From NCBI GenBank assembly GCA_018985225.1, contig JADGIF010000107.1, positions 1-19,684 of the forward strand: a stretch of 19,684 bases of DNA, read 5' to 3'. The position numbers were made by a program, and so were the translations under genes. How positions within the stretch are numbered: the stretch's first letter is position 1; each line of letters begins with the position of its first letter. This document shows, piece by piece, positions 8,683 through 19,260 of this stretch. A model generated the notes under the pieces. That model was not told the DNA's origin. It did not search any database and saw only the letters and a program-made list of their open reading frames with translations. The DNA is from Amoeboradix gromovi X-113. Taxonomy: Eukaryota; Fungi; Sanchytriomycota.

Positions 8683-10975
8683 GTTTGAAAAATAACATCT
8701 TTTACCTTGGCATCATCTCCTCGTTAAAAGTCCAGATTTCCGAGAAAATCGAGAATTTCCACAGAGAAACTAATGCTAGTTTCTCCGTTACAGTGATTGC
8801 TCACGCTTTCACTACCCTGAGGCGGGATTGAATAAGGATGCATATACTTGATGTATATGTTCCTTGCTGCCATGTGATCTCTATTTATCTTCAAATTACA
8901 CTTTGTACAGGTTCAGGTTTCTAAATTGGTTTTCTTTAGAGTACCACACCTTGTGCATGTCTGACTAGTAAATGATTCATTGCATTTGACCATCGTCTTT
9001 CCTCTTTGCTTACACTTGAACTTCAAGCGTTCCTTGAATAAATTATACAGATATCACTGTCTAGGCATTGAAAGACATCTAATTCTTCCATGTTTGGACC
9101 AGCTCCTCAGTGTTGATGAATTTATGCTGTACCTGTTAGTTATTTCTTTAGATTCCATTTACCACTTGCGAATAGGAAGAATATCTAGTATTTAAGCTAT
9201 TAGAAAAATCTGGAAAAGTGTTGAAATTATACAAAAATATATACAAATTCGCGATAAATGATTTATTCAAGAAAATAGTCAAGCTGCAAGTGATTAGAAA
9301 AAGGAGATGACGCGACCTTGAAGGGCTCATCCAATCGTTACCTAGTCAGGAGTCCTAAAATTTTGTATATAATGATGCGGGTCTTTTAAAATAGCCTAAA
9401 ACTCGAAGCAATTAGTCCTGAATTAGCTCCTCTAGATAATGAAGACATTGATGACGCTTAGGTTGCTCTAACGGAGAGGTTAAAGGTATCTATGCCTTAC
9501 TCCGAACAATTTAACGAGTTATCGTTTAGAGACACCTATGGTTCAAGTGTTAAGCCTAGGACAACGAGGCCGAAGCGGAGATAATAATCCAGAAATTCAT
9601 TAAGGGCGTAATTTCTTCACAATCGGACGAAAATCCAAAGGAGAAAAGGATTAGCATCTAGATGGAGCAGATATTATAAATAGGAGGTCCTTTTGCTATT
9701 TATTTGGCATATCAAGCAAGAATTAAATAAATTTTGTGATGCAATTTGACCTTGTAGTACTCTGTCGTAATCACTGGTGTTGTCAGATTTCCAACACTCT
9801 TTGCATTGAAGCCCAATTATTAGCTGCAGAATTGGCTTTCGAATCGGCTATTTGCGTTTTGCATGACAAGTATTACACCAGGCTTAAGGACAAGAAAGAA
9901 TGAACTTTTATATATTTAAAGTCTTTCTATAGATATTTGGTGCGCTCTCGTAGCGCCAGAGTAAAAATTTAAACATCCTAAGAGATAGTCAAGATTTATA
10001 ATTTATAGATACTGCTTCTCTGTACTTGTTTTGCAATTTGTACACCAATGCCATATTATTTAACTTCGAATTTCTGACCTTTAACACTCGCATCAAAAAT
10101 TTATCCCCATGATTAAATGCATGAGCAATGCTCTGGATGGGCTTCTCCAATATATTTTAGTCATTCTATATCCTCTGGTACTGACATTTCCAACTTATTT
10201 CTAAAATATTTGTACCATTTTACTTCCTTTGTGAACGAGGTATTCATATTCATATCAAATATTCTGTTTATATAGAAAGTTTCTATATTCAGAAATTTCA
10301 GATAACTTGAATTATCCAAATTCCGTTTAGATATAAAATTCATTATTTTCATTCAAAAGTTTATGATAAGGTTTGCAAGCATTTATAATAATGGTCACAG
10401 TATTATTGAATACGTTTTGATCAATCTCAATGTCCTTAGATCAATGAGACTTGAACTAGGATAAGGGTAGCAAATCGATCCAAAATAAATAAGTCTGAGA
10501 TCCTAATTTCTTTCTGCTTCTTTTTTCACATTTTATATAGAAATATAAGAGAAATGTAATACTTGTTTCACATCGATCAGCAATTCGATACAAACTGCCA
10601 GTTTCTTGACCATACCAATTCAAAATAATATACGAAAATACAGATCTAAAGATCCCCCACTAACCAATCTATCTGTTTTGCATTCTTAACCTTGCATCTT
10701 GATGGAATTAAGCATTCTCCAAAGTCATTGAGATGATTTGTTTTCAAGCCGTATTACTCAATATACATTAACTAGTATCAAAGAATGTAAAGACCTTAAA
10801 TCCCTTATCAATCTCTTCTTTTTTGTAAAGATCTTTAACCGTTTTCAGTTACTTCTGGGTCGTTTATAAAGAATAGGAACAAGGTTCGTACCATATGCTA
10901 ATCGCATTCGGTTATCATTCAATTCTTTCGAGTATCTAGACTTCAAAGCATGGCACATGCTACATAAGATAGTTG

Positions 10976-11282
10976 TATTTGGGACAGCAAATATAAGACT
11001 AGACCAAGTCGTTTTTAAAGGAAGTGCTCCATTAGGAAGAAATACAATTGTTAATAAAAGTCCTTTTTTCAGACCAATTTTCTTTCATTAATGTCATTCA
11101 CCTCTTTCAAATATAACAAAATGACCCACTATCTCTTTCAAATAAGGTCTTTGAGTGCCTAAGCAAAAGGTGCAACCAATAAGATTAATTTATTTTATTT
11201 TACTATTGGTCAACACACTTGATATAATGATTCAAACTATTCCAGAAAGTTTGTCTAGTTTTTATGTTTGATGTCCCAATTG
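10976..11282 (-). mobile_element. MITE copy 1 (~307 bp), inverted relative to copies 2 and 3
   Basis: TIRs tatttgggacagcaaatataagactagac / gtctagtttttatgtttgatgtcccaattg. The interior is a close reverse-complement match to 13645-13954. Confidence 0.88.
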
Positions 11283-11374
11283 TTTATATTAGTATTTATT
11301 TAGGGATCAAACATTTTGTTTCATACATAAATGAGGTCACTTTGTCATTGCATGTCTCATTTATTTAAAGGAGT

Positions 11375-12562
11375 ATGCAGGTTATTCCTGATTTTCTAGA
11401 ATTAAAAGACATCTTAGCGCTAAGCCAGGTGAGCAAGTACTGGCATAGTATATGCATTGAAAAGATTTACCGTCAGCTAAGTATTCCGCATGAGGATATT
11501 CTAGTTTTTGACGATTCCGAACAATTTTCTAATAAATTGCAGCTCTTAAGAAATTCGTTAATCAAGCACGGTCACCTGGTTGTAGTTGCTGATTTTAATT
11601 CCTTGTTTATTAAGAAATCCAAACACAAACTGATGATTAGTATTATAAAGTTATGTTCAAATTTAACGTCTTTATACTGGGACCACATTCCAATAGAGAT
11701 ATTCAAATCGATAACCAATCCAAAAATAATTAATCTGAGTATACCCAGAAGCGCAGAGATTGATGAGTTTAACAGACTACAACATTTGCGTAAAATTAAC
11801 ATAATGTCACACTGCGTGCCCTTATCTGATATTCCGTTTTCTAACAACCTTTGCTCTATATATATCTTTAAAGGCAACTTTCTGGACGGCGATATGACTA
11901 CAATTCTGAGGCTCGATAATTTAAAGTCTCTGCACTTAGAAAAGTGCAGTTTAAAGAAAATAAAACTTTTACCAACATTTTCTAAAATACTGAAATTATC
12001 ATTGGATTCTTGCACTGCAAACAATGACTTGCTGGATTGGGTTGCTGATTCCTGTCCCTACTTGCAGTTGCTTTGGTTATGGTTGATTGATTGTAGTCAA
12101 TTAAAAACTATGAAATGCTTGAGATGGCTGCGAGTGTACTCCCCTGGACATACAGGCATATTCAAGAACACATGCATGCCTATTGAAAGATTAGAAATTA
12201 TGGAATATCAGTTTAGCGCTGCTGATTTTATTGCAATCAAAAAAATGCCGTTATTGCATTTTGTTATAGATGAATGTACTAACTGCATGTACGAATTTGA
12301 TAACTTAGAGTCTATAGCTATTCGTTCAAGTGTCCCCTTTCCACCTTTAAAAGTATTACAGAATTGTATAGACGTTAGACTGTTCCACATGAGACTTTTA
12401 ACAAACCTGAGAGATATTCAGCGGTTTTTGAGTGCATCAAGAATTTACAAGCTCTACATTTCTGAAAGCTTAGTTGACAAAGGCGATAGAGAGGGAGTCA
12501 AGCAACTTGGGAAGGTGATACTCTGTGAGGATCAGTTGGGAGTCAAAATGAATTTAAATTGA
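11375..12562 (+). CDS. F-box / leucine-rich-repeat protein, 395 aa
   Basis: Partial F-box (FLELKDILALSQVSKYWHSICIEKIYRQL) and LRR-like units (CSNLTSLYW, NLKSLHLEKC, ILKLSLDSC, CPYLQLLWL). Confidence 0.78.
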   Translation: MQVIPDFLELKDILALSQVSKYWHSICIEKIYRQLSIPHEDILVFDDSEQFSNKLQLLRNSLIKHGHLVVVADFNSLFIKKSKHKLMISIIKLCSNLTSLYWDHIPIEIFKSITNPKIINLSIPRSAEIDEFNRLQHLRKINIMSHCVPLSDIPFSNNLCSIYIFKGNFLDGDMTTILRLDNLKSLHLEKCSLKKIKLLPTFSKILKLSLDSCTANNDLLDWVADSCPYLQLLWLWLIDCSQLKTMKCLRWLRVYSPGHTGIFKNTCMPIERLEIMEYQFSAADFIAIKKMPLLHFVIDECTNCMYEFDNLESIAIRSSVPFPPLKVLQNCIDVRLFHMRLLTNLRDIQRFLSASRIYKLYISESLVDKGDREGVKQLGKVILCEDQLGVKMNLN

Positions 12563-12595
12563 CTAAGTAAACCGTCATATTTCAAGAACTTGTAT

Positions 12596-12997
12596 TTATT
12601 GAGTGACTTGTGTTGAAGGTTGGGTTTTTTTGGATTTATGGATTGCTCGTAAATTAGAAATGCTGTATTCCAATTTCTTCACCATCTTTTCGGTGACCTC
12701 ATCAACGTCGATATACTTCTGCTCTAATACAGACACATCAGGTACATAATTATCTTTTCTCTCTCTTTCTTCTTCTTGCAATTTAAACGAAATTCCTTTT
12801 ACGGGTCCTTTTTGTAATCTTTTCATCAAATGAGTGGTAAATCCAGCAATTTTGTTTCTTAATCTTTTAGTTTGAATAACTGCGATACTGTCTAAAATTC
12901 TTTTATTTGTATGGAAATCTAACGTTAATCGAGGATAATATTTTTCAATCAATACACGAGATGCTCTTTTTGTGGTCTTTGTTCTAACACGTCCCAT
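12596..12997 (-). CDS. RPS17: 40S ribosomal protein S17 (eS17), intronless
   Basis: MGRVRTKT...[17 protein letters not shown]...[17 protein letters not shown]...[19 protein letters not shown]. Confidence 0.98.
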   Translation of the reverse strand: MGRVRTKTTKRASRVLIEKYYPRLTLDFHTNKRILDSIAVIQTKRLRNKIAGFTTHLMKRLQKGPVKGISFKLQEEERERKDNYVPDVSVLEQKYIDVDEVTEKMVKKLEYSISNLRAIHKSKKTQPSTQVTQ

Positions 12998-13644
12998 TTT
13001 TGTTAGTTAGTTATCAGCTTTTTAAATGCGATAAAATTCACGTGCGGTTCTCCAATCGGTATTTTGTTTGAAATATCGATTGCAAAATCTATGTTAACTA
13101 AGTTACAAAACATGACTACAAAATATGCTTATCTTGAGAATTATTTTAAGCATCACATACTGTATCTTTGAGGTTATTCCTGATATACCTGAATTTTGGT
13201 GGATTCTTTTCGCTATTAAAGGAAAAAAACTAATCAAAAATGTCCCGGTTTAGTTGGTTAACGTTTATCAGCGTTTGATAGAATTGATTGAAATCTGGTT
13301 TATTCATTAGGATTGCTGTGAAGGGATTCGAGTAAAACTATCATAATTGTTGCCACAGTCTTGTTTTTTTACTCTTGCTACATCTTGATATTGTTATCAT
13401 GAATGAACTACCATTAGTGTAGAGGCAAAGTGGACTATCATTGCACTTTCTCAATGCGTCATCTTGGCTTACAGTTGGGGGCCATTTATATAACGCCTCT
13501 CCCAAATATTAGAGGTTCAAGGGCTTCTTTGTAATATAAATTAAAAGCCGCTAGAAACGCTCAACCTGCCTCAAATTACTATATAGAAGTTATAGATATA
13601 GTTTCCAGAGACTTGCAGATAAAAGTAAGACTTGTGTCCATTTA

Positions 13645-13954
13645 CAGATAGGACATCAAATATAAAAACTAGAGTAAATTTCTGATACAGTTTGAATCGT
13701 TATTTAAAGTGTGTATTAACCGATAGTAAATTAAATTAAATTAATCTTATTGGTTGCACCTTTTGCTTAGGCATTCAAAGACCTTATTTGAAAGAGATAG
13801 TGGGTCATCTTGTTATACTTTAAAGAGAGGAATGACATTAATGAAAGAAAACTGGTTTGAAAAAAGGACTTTTATTAACAATTGTATTTCTTCCTAATGG
13901 AGCACTTCCTTTAAAAACGACTTGGTCTAATTTTTATATTTGCTGTCCCAATTG
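13645..13954 (+). mobile_element. MITE copy 2 (310 bp), TA-flanked, Tc1/mariner-like
   Basis: TA|cagataggacatcaaatataaaaactag ... ctaatttttatatttgctgtcccaattg|TA (TA at 13643-44 and 13955-56). Confidence 0.88.
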
Positions 13955-14109
13955 TATTACCGTAGGAAGATAGAATGCAGAAACAAACAGCTGTTCATCT
14001 CGTTACAAAAGCAAGCAAGCTGAAATCAAAAGTATGTTATCCATAGCACCTTAGTGTAATATCGAGAATACAAGAAAATATGCTAATTTTGGTTAAATTT
14101 TATTTATTT

Positions 14110-15528
14110 CTAGTAAAATCCTAATATTTTAAACCATAGTAATCCAACTGAGAAGTAAAGCGCCAAGACATATAGACTGGTTAGGAGTCCAATTTTCAGC
14201 CATAACTTGCTGTTTATATGATCTAAGCTGTAATACATAACAACTGGACCACTCGAATAGTGTGTTAGTAACCCGCTCAAAGTTGTAAAATAGCACATAT
14301 ATGCCAATAACAATTTAGGAGGACAGTTCAGCTGTATTCCGCTCATTAGTAGTGGGGGCGCCAATGCCAGTGAGTGTGAGCTGCACCCAGAAAACATGTA
14401 CATGCTAAAGAAGTAGACTAAAGATATTAAAATTGTTACAAAGACAGGGCTATGTATAGGTGTCATCAAATCTCCAATAGATTCGCCTATTCTTTGAGTT
14501 ATGCCGTTGGTTTGAAGTATTTTAATTATGCTTAAAAATCCGCCTAGCCAAAAGAAAGTATCCCATGCATTCTTGTTTGATAAAACATCATCCCACGATA
14601 TTATATCTAAAAGAATCAACGTTAAAGTAGCCAATAAGGCTATAATTGTGGAAGAAATATTATGATATTGGACAGTCATCCACATAAGCAGACATATTGA
14701 TAGTACAATAATTAACGTGAACTGAGGAAAGGCAAGCTTAGGAAGTTGCATGAAATCTGCATTTATTTGATTTCGAAGCAAGGGTATGCTATCCTCTTGA
14801 TTGAAAAGCAAAAAACGACGAAGAAGAAAAGGTAGAGTTAAGACGAGAATTAGGGTTGGAAGAAAAGCTCCAGAGACCCAGTTAAAGAAACTAAATTCAA
14901 CCAGCTTATATCTCAACATGAATTCAACTACCAAAGGATTAGTAGCCATGCCGTACATCCATAAAGAACTGCTTACCAAATTACTAAAGCAAGCTAGCAT
15001 CGTTAAATATCTAGAGTACGACCGATCTAACATGTTCATCATATTTTGCACTATCGGAAGAATAAGACCTCCTCTTGCTGTATTACTGGGAATAATGGCA
15101 GCAAAAACAATCTCTAATGTCGATATACATAAACTCATTGAATACCACGAAAAACAGAACTTATATAACAAAGTAATAGTGATATGCTGTGATAAATGTC
15201 GATGAACAGCTGTGCCTAAATGAAAAGCAGCCCAAACGAGCCAAATTGTGTGCTCCTGATATCCGGCCAGGATATCGTCCAGTGGAACGGTAATTGTTAG
15301 CACAAGAAGAGATATCATAATTAAAATACTTAATTTAAACTCGGTTCCAATTATTGCAACGAACAGTGCACTGAATGAGGCAATGGCGTTATCATGAACA
15401 AATATGTAAATCAAAATATATAAGACAACACTTGGAATCAGCTGATGCATTTTAGACAGGTTAACATGCTTAACATTAGGATATAGCGCAGATGATGAAA
15501 AAGAAGACCCGGAAGGAGAATGGATCAT
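14110..15528 (-). CDS. DASS-family (CitT/DiT-like) dicarboxylate or anion transporter, 472 aa
   Basis: Polytopic membrane protein with motifs IIPSNTARGG.ILPI, GMATNPL, NKNAWDTFFW, LTHYSSGP and GLLWFKILG. Confidence 0.88.
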   Translation of the reverse strand: MIHSPSGSSFSSSALYPNVKHVNLSKMHQLIPSVVLYILIYIFVHDNAIASFSALFVAIIGTEFKLSILIMISLLVLTITVPLDDILAGYQEHTIWLVWAAFHLGTAVHRHLSQHITITLLYKFCFSWYSMSLCISTLEIVFAAIIPSNTARGGLILPIVQNMMNMLDRSYSRYLTMLACFSNLVSSSLWMYGMATNPLVVEFMLRYKLVEFSFFNWVSGAFLPTLILVLTLPFLLRRFLLFNQEDSIPLLRNQINADFMQLPKLAFPQFTLIIVLSICLLMWMTVQYHNISSTIIALLATLTLILLDIISWDDVLSNKNAWDTFFWLGGFLSIIKILQTNGITQRIGESIGDLMTPIHSPVFVTILISLVYFFSMYMFSGCSSHSLALAPPLLMSGIQLNCPPKLLLAYMCYFTTLSGLLTHYSSGPVVMYYSLDHINSKLWLKIGLLTSLYVLALYFSVGLLWFKILGFY

Positions 15529-15776
15529 TTTTGATAAGTAATGGTTTCAGGGTGTGTTTTGATAACAAAGAGTCAGTTATGAGACACATATTGTAGAGAC
15601 AAAGCTATGTAGTTTTTACAGTCGTATAACATACCTTTTTAACTACAAATTGCTCCCTGGTTTTTGAAAGTTAAGCGTTACTCACATGTTCTGATGGTTC
15701 TTTTCGAGAAATAATTAACAGATCGCAATCAAAGTAGTTGCTAAAATGCATGATTTAAAGCCAATTGAGTTCAAAA

Positions 15777-16457
15777 CTATTTATTGGATAACTTTTTTTC
15801 CAAGAATTGCAACATTCGTTGCTCTGCAACTGACGCTTCTTTCTTGTTGTACGGATAAGCAGTCTCATGAGTGTTCATAAAGGCATGCTCGGCATCGTAT
15901 TCGTAAAACTCACTTGTGTCAAAGTTAACTGCTTCCAACTCGTTCTTCAACTTGGTGTAAGTCTCGAAATCGCTAAATCCTTTTTGATTGTCTTTCCTAC
16001 CAAAATGAAATTGCATAGGAATTTGCAAATTAGTGTAATCAAAGTACTCTTTAGGCGGAATACCATAGAAGCAAATACCGGCATCAAATAAGCCTTTGCC
16101 AGTAATACCAGTACAAATACTCAATGCACCCCCCATACAAAATCCAATAACTGCTATTTTTTTAGCGCCATTACTCTTCAAATAAGCAGCCATGTTTTTG
16201 ATGTCGTTAACTGCGTTCTTAAAATCCATTCCATCCATCAAATGCTTTGCCTCGTCTTTATCTTGCGTTACTCTGTTTCGATATAAATCAGGTACAACTA
16301 CTTTGAACCCATTCTTAGAATATTTATGTGCATATTCTTTAAGATTGTCATCGATTCCCCACCATTCCTGAATCAAGACTATTCCTAGTTCTGAATCTTT
16401 GTTATCTACATAGAATCCAAGAGTGTTGTCAAACGAAATAGTAGAGGCTAGGGACAT
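15777..16457 (-). CDS. Dienelactone hydrolase family protein, 226 aa
   Basis: IQEWWG, VPDLY, nucleophile GFCMGG, FYG, HFGRKD and HAFMN (Cys-Asp-His triad). Confidence 0.92.
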   Translation of the reverse strand: MSLASTISFDNTLGFYVDNKDSELGIVLIQEWWGIDDNLKEYAHKYSKNGFKVVVPDLYRNRVTQDKDEAKHLMDGMDFKNAVNDIKNMAAYLKSNGAKKIAVIGFCMGGALSICTGITGKGLFDAGICFYGIPPKEYFDYTNLQIPMQFHFGRKDNQKGFSDFETYTKLKNELEAVNFDTSEFYEYDAEHAFMNTHETAYPYNKKEASVAEQRMLQFLEKKLSNK

Positions 16458-17257
16458 GCTCTATGTAAAGTAGACTGGGGGTAAAAACGGATGACGAAAA
16501 GAAAAAGACTCCTTATTTGATCTTAAATCTATCAGACGTGCACTATGTCATAGCACATAAGACCAGCACAGCCTTTGTGACATCAGCGAAAGATACATAC
16601 GAGGATCAAGTGCATGCAGATTGTATGGGTAATAGACTGTCCACAAATATGAACAATTGCATTATAAAAATGAATTTGCTATATTATGGTGTTTATAAGC
16701 ACTACTAAAATTGCGACTGTATTATCTCAAACAATAATAAAGTGTTCGCATTTGTTGATTCGAGAAGCTTAGAAAAAATGAGCAGTTGGTACTGGCAATC
16801 TGTCACCCAAAGAATACCCGAGAACATATGGGACATTGAACTCGACTGCCTTTGCTATTTTGAGATCTAAGTCTAGTGTGCTAGCTTCGGAGGGTCGCGG
16901 AAAGGAAATAACAAGTCTTCTATAAAATCTTTTCTATCATTACTACCATGTCTTAGTGATGAACTGTCTCTTTGTTACAAATATGCGCATTAGGAAAATA
17001 TGTGTTGAAATCTTATCTATGAATGGATTACAAAGAAAGTGTTGTACTAGTTGTAGGCAAATGATGGAAATAATATTATTACGGAGCAAATAATATGCCA
17101 TGCGATAACGGCTGCAAGATTGGGATATAAGAAAGTAGACTACGCGCAAGGAATGTAAATTCCTCAAGTGGCAGGTCTTCGAACTTACTGCGGCGCATCG
17201 AGATCATATATCTCACGTAGTCAATCCATATTAAGAAACTTAAATAAAACTAATTTT

Positions 17258-18409
17258 TTACTTAAAACTGAAAACACTTCTGCTTTCATCTGGATTTAGT
17301 ACTTTGAATTGTGATAGCGGTTCTTTGTATGGCTCTTGTCGATTAAAATTCCAGTCGTTGTGACTATCAAGTTCTTCTTCACTCTGATTATAACTGTCAT
17401 GGAAAGAAATTTTGTCTCTCTTTTTTCTTATCCAAATACAGAGTATTATACCTACAAAAACCAACAAACTTGCCAATGTAATACCCAAAATTGCCCCTAT
17501 ACTAAGCCCACTACTTACTGCAGAACTTCTTCCAAAATTGGGTGGAGTGACATTGACCGAATCGCCAAGCGGTTTATAATCACTTACAAGTGATGAAATG
17601 TTGCGATCTGGTGCATATAAATATAAGGTGTATTGATCATCCTTGTCATCACTTCCAAATATTATAAAGACATGCCTTCTAATGCACATCAAATGGTGGT
17701 ATTTTCTATTTGGTAGGTTTATAGCCAACTGAGTCCAAATGTTAGAAACTGTATTGAAAGCCCAAAAATCATTCAAAGTAGCATTTCCATAGCCCCCGAA
17801 TAAATATATATATTCTCCCATGGCACAAGCCCCATGACCAACTCTATCAGGTGGCCCATTTGCGGTTTGGATGAGTTGAATATTAAGAGAGGTCAAATCT
17901 ATTTTATATATGCTGTTCATATTTGCCAACGCGTTAGATGTAGCTCCACCAAGCATATATGCGTAGTTATTTACAATGGTCCAGGTGAAATCCATTAGTG
18001 GTGGTATTGAGTGCTGAATTTGTTTCCATTGCTGATCCCTGGGTGTATACAAGTACATGTTTTTTAATACTTGCTGCTGCTGTTTACCACCGTATACTAG
18101 CAGCGCATCGTTGTATAACAAACAATTAAATCCATCACTCTCGTAGCCACCTTTAACATCTATCTTGTCATTGGATATGAAATACGACTGATTATTTATA
18201 CAGAGTATCTCATTGTTGTCACTTGGAACGCAGCATCCAAATATTGGATTATTTATTGGCAGCTGCCTCCAAAACACATAGGGAACATTATTTAAACTAA
18301 ACCCATTGTTTACATTTAATTTTATAATGTTTGGCTGTGTCCCACCAATTATGAACAACTCATCTCCCAATATAACTGATTGGAATTTACTTCGTCCTTC
18401 AACTTGCAT
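17258..18409 (-). CDS. Kelch-repeat protein with a single C-terminal transmembrane helix, 383 aa
   Basis: Repeated GG motifs (FIIGG, LVYGG, YMLGG, RVGHGAC..YLFGG, IIFG). The TM segment GLSIGAILGITLASLLVFVGIILCIWI is followed by RKKR. Confidence 0.85.
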   Translation of the reverse strand: MQVEGRSKFQSVILGDELFIIGGTQPNIIKLNVNNGFSLNNVPYVFWRQLPINNPIFGCCVPSDNNEILCINNQSYFISNDKIDVKGGYESDGFNCLLYNDALLVYGGKQQQQVLKNMYLYTPRDQQWKQIQHSIPPLMDFTWTIVNNYAYMLGGATSNALANMNSIYKIDLTSLNIQLIQTANGPPDRVGHGACAMGEYIYLFGGYGNATLNDFWAFNTVSNIWTQLAINLPNRKYHHLMCIRRHVFIIFGSDDKDDQYTLYLYAPDRNISSLVSDYKPLGDSVNVTPPNFGRSSAVSSGLSIGAILGITLASLLVFVGIILCIWIRKKRDKISFHDSYNQSEEELDSHNDWNFNRQEPYKEPLSQFKVLNPDESRSVFSFK

Positions 18410-18576
18410 TTAAAATGGTTCAGGGAGTTGAACGTTTTAAAGCAGCTCGAGTTTAGTTGTCTAAATTATTTATCGTGATAACTTGAGCTGTATCGCTCCG
18501 ATGCGCTCTCCATCTAGGCTTTTCTAATGGTATGAAAACTTCATGATCTTTCTTGTGTTCAGTTGCAAGTGGCCCC

Positions 18577-18905
18577 AGCCTCGCGATCGAGAAAATGTCC
18601 AGTCTAATAAAACATTCATAGATACAGAACAAACGCTTCGGTGCCCCGAAACTGATCCCAAGAAAGGAAAGGTATGACGCCTCCCAACGTCGGGAAAGAG
18701 ATTCCAGCATAAGTAGCGCTTGACCTCCAAGTGTAAAACAAAAGGAAAGGCATGGGTTGAGTGTAATGAAGCAGTTACAAGCCAAACATGTATAAGTTGT
18801 GAAACTCCAAAGAAAAACAGTTCTAAGACATAAATTTACAAATTGTCATTCGGATGGGGACAGAGACTATGTGGGCAGCAAGGAACACGTACTTAAAATA
18901 TCTAG
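18577..18905 (+). pseudogene. Decayed Fanzor/TnpB-family RNA-guided nuclease (C-terminal RuvC + zinc finger)
   Basis: RLTSKCKTKGKAWVECNEAVTSQTCISC (18717-18800), then after a frameshift K(F)TNCHSDGDRDYV, and after another 1-nt shift AARNTYLK. This matches the TnpB/Fanzor pattern E-x-x-TS-x-T-C-x-x-C...C-x-x-C...DRD-x-N-A-A-x-N. The left boundary is approximate. Confidence 0.78.
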
Positions 18906-19260
18906 ACCCATGTCCAACCCTGCCTCATAGTAGCAAAAAGCTGTGCAATCAGTATCAGAGCGACTGCTTTTTCAGTCTCTGCAATTTCTTGATTTTTTAA
19001 GAAACTACGATTTTTAACGGGGAGCTAATGTGAAACTTTTGTGCACAATCGTAAGTCAGTATCTTCTGGGAGCCTTCCCCCTTAATATTAGTTCATTTGG
19101 TTATTTAAAGCCGAGCTCGTTTATTTTACTTCAGTAGATGAATCCATACTGGAACCATATACCTCTTGCAATTACAATAAATGATTTATTCGCCTACGTT
19201 AAATGTGAAGCTCAGAGATGCTGTCGTGAAGTGGTCGGCTGAGTTTTACACTGTGAAAAC

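Noticed and set aside
8700-8875. Assignment as U1, SRP RNA, RNase P/MRP or a ribozyme
   Set aside because: Only partial motif resemblances (TTACCT, CAGG..GAAA..AGCA, AAAGTCC..GAGAA) with wrong spacing or order; left unassigned.
13090-13640. Short hydrophobic ORF fragments
   Set aside because: Under 50 codons with no family signal.
1768-16091. Antisense ORFs overlapping real genes (e.g. 1768-2058, 4999-5244, 11572-12024, 14801-15205, 15867-16091)
   Set aside because: Shadow frames of well-supported CDSs with no independent evidence.
16517-17250. Possible plus-strand pseudogene
   Set aside because: About eight stops in ~215 codons and no recognisable motif; not clearly different from AT-rich intergenic DNA.
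18453-18785. 110-aa and 68-aa minus-strand ORFs
   Set aside because: Antisense shadows of the Fanzor relic with non-ATG starts.
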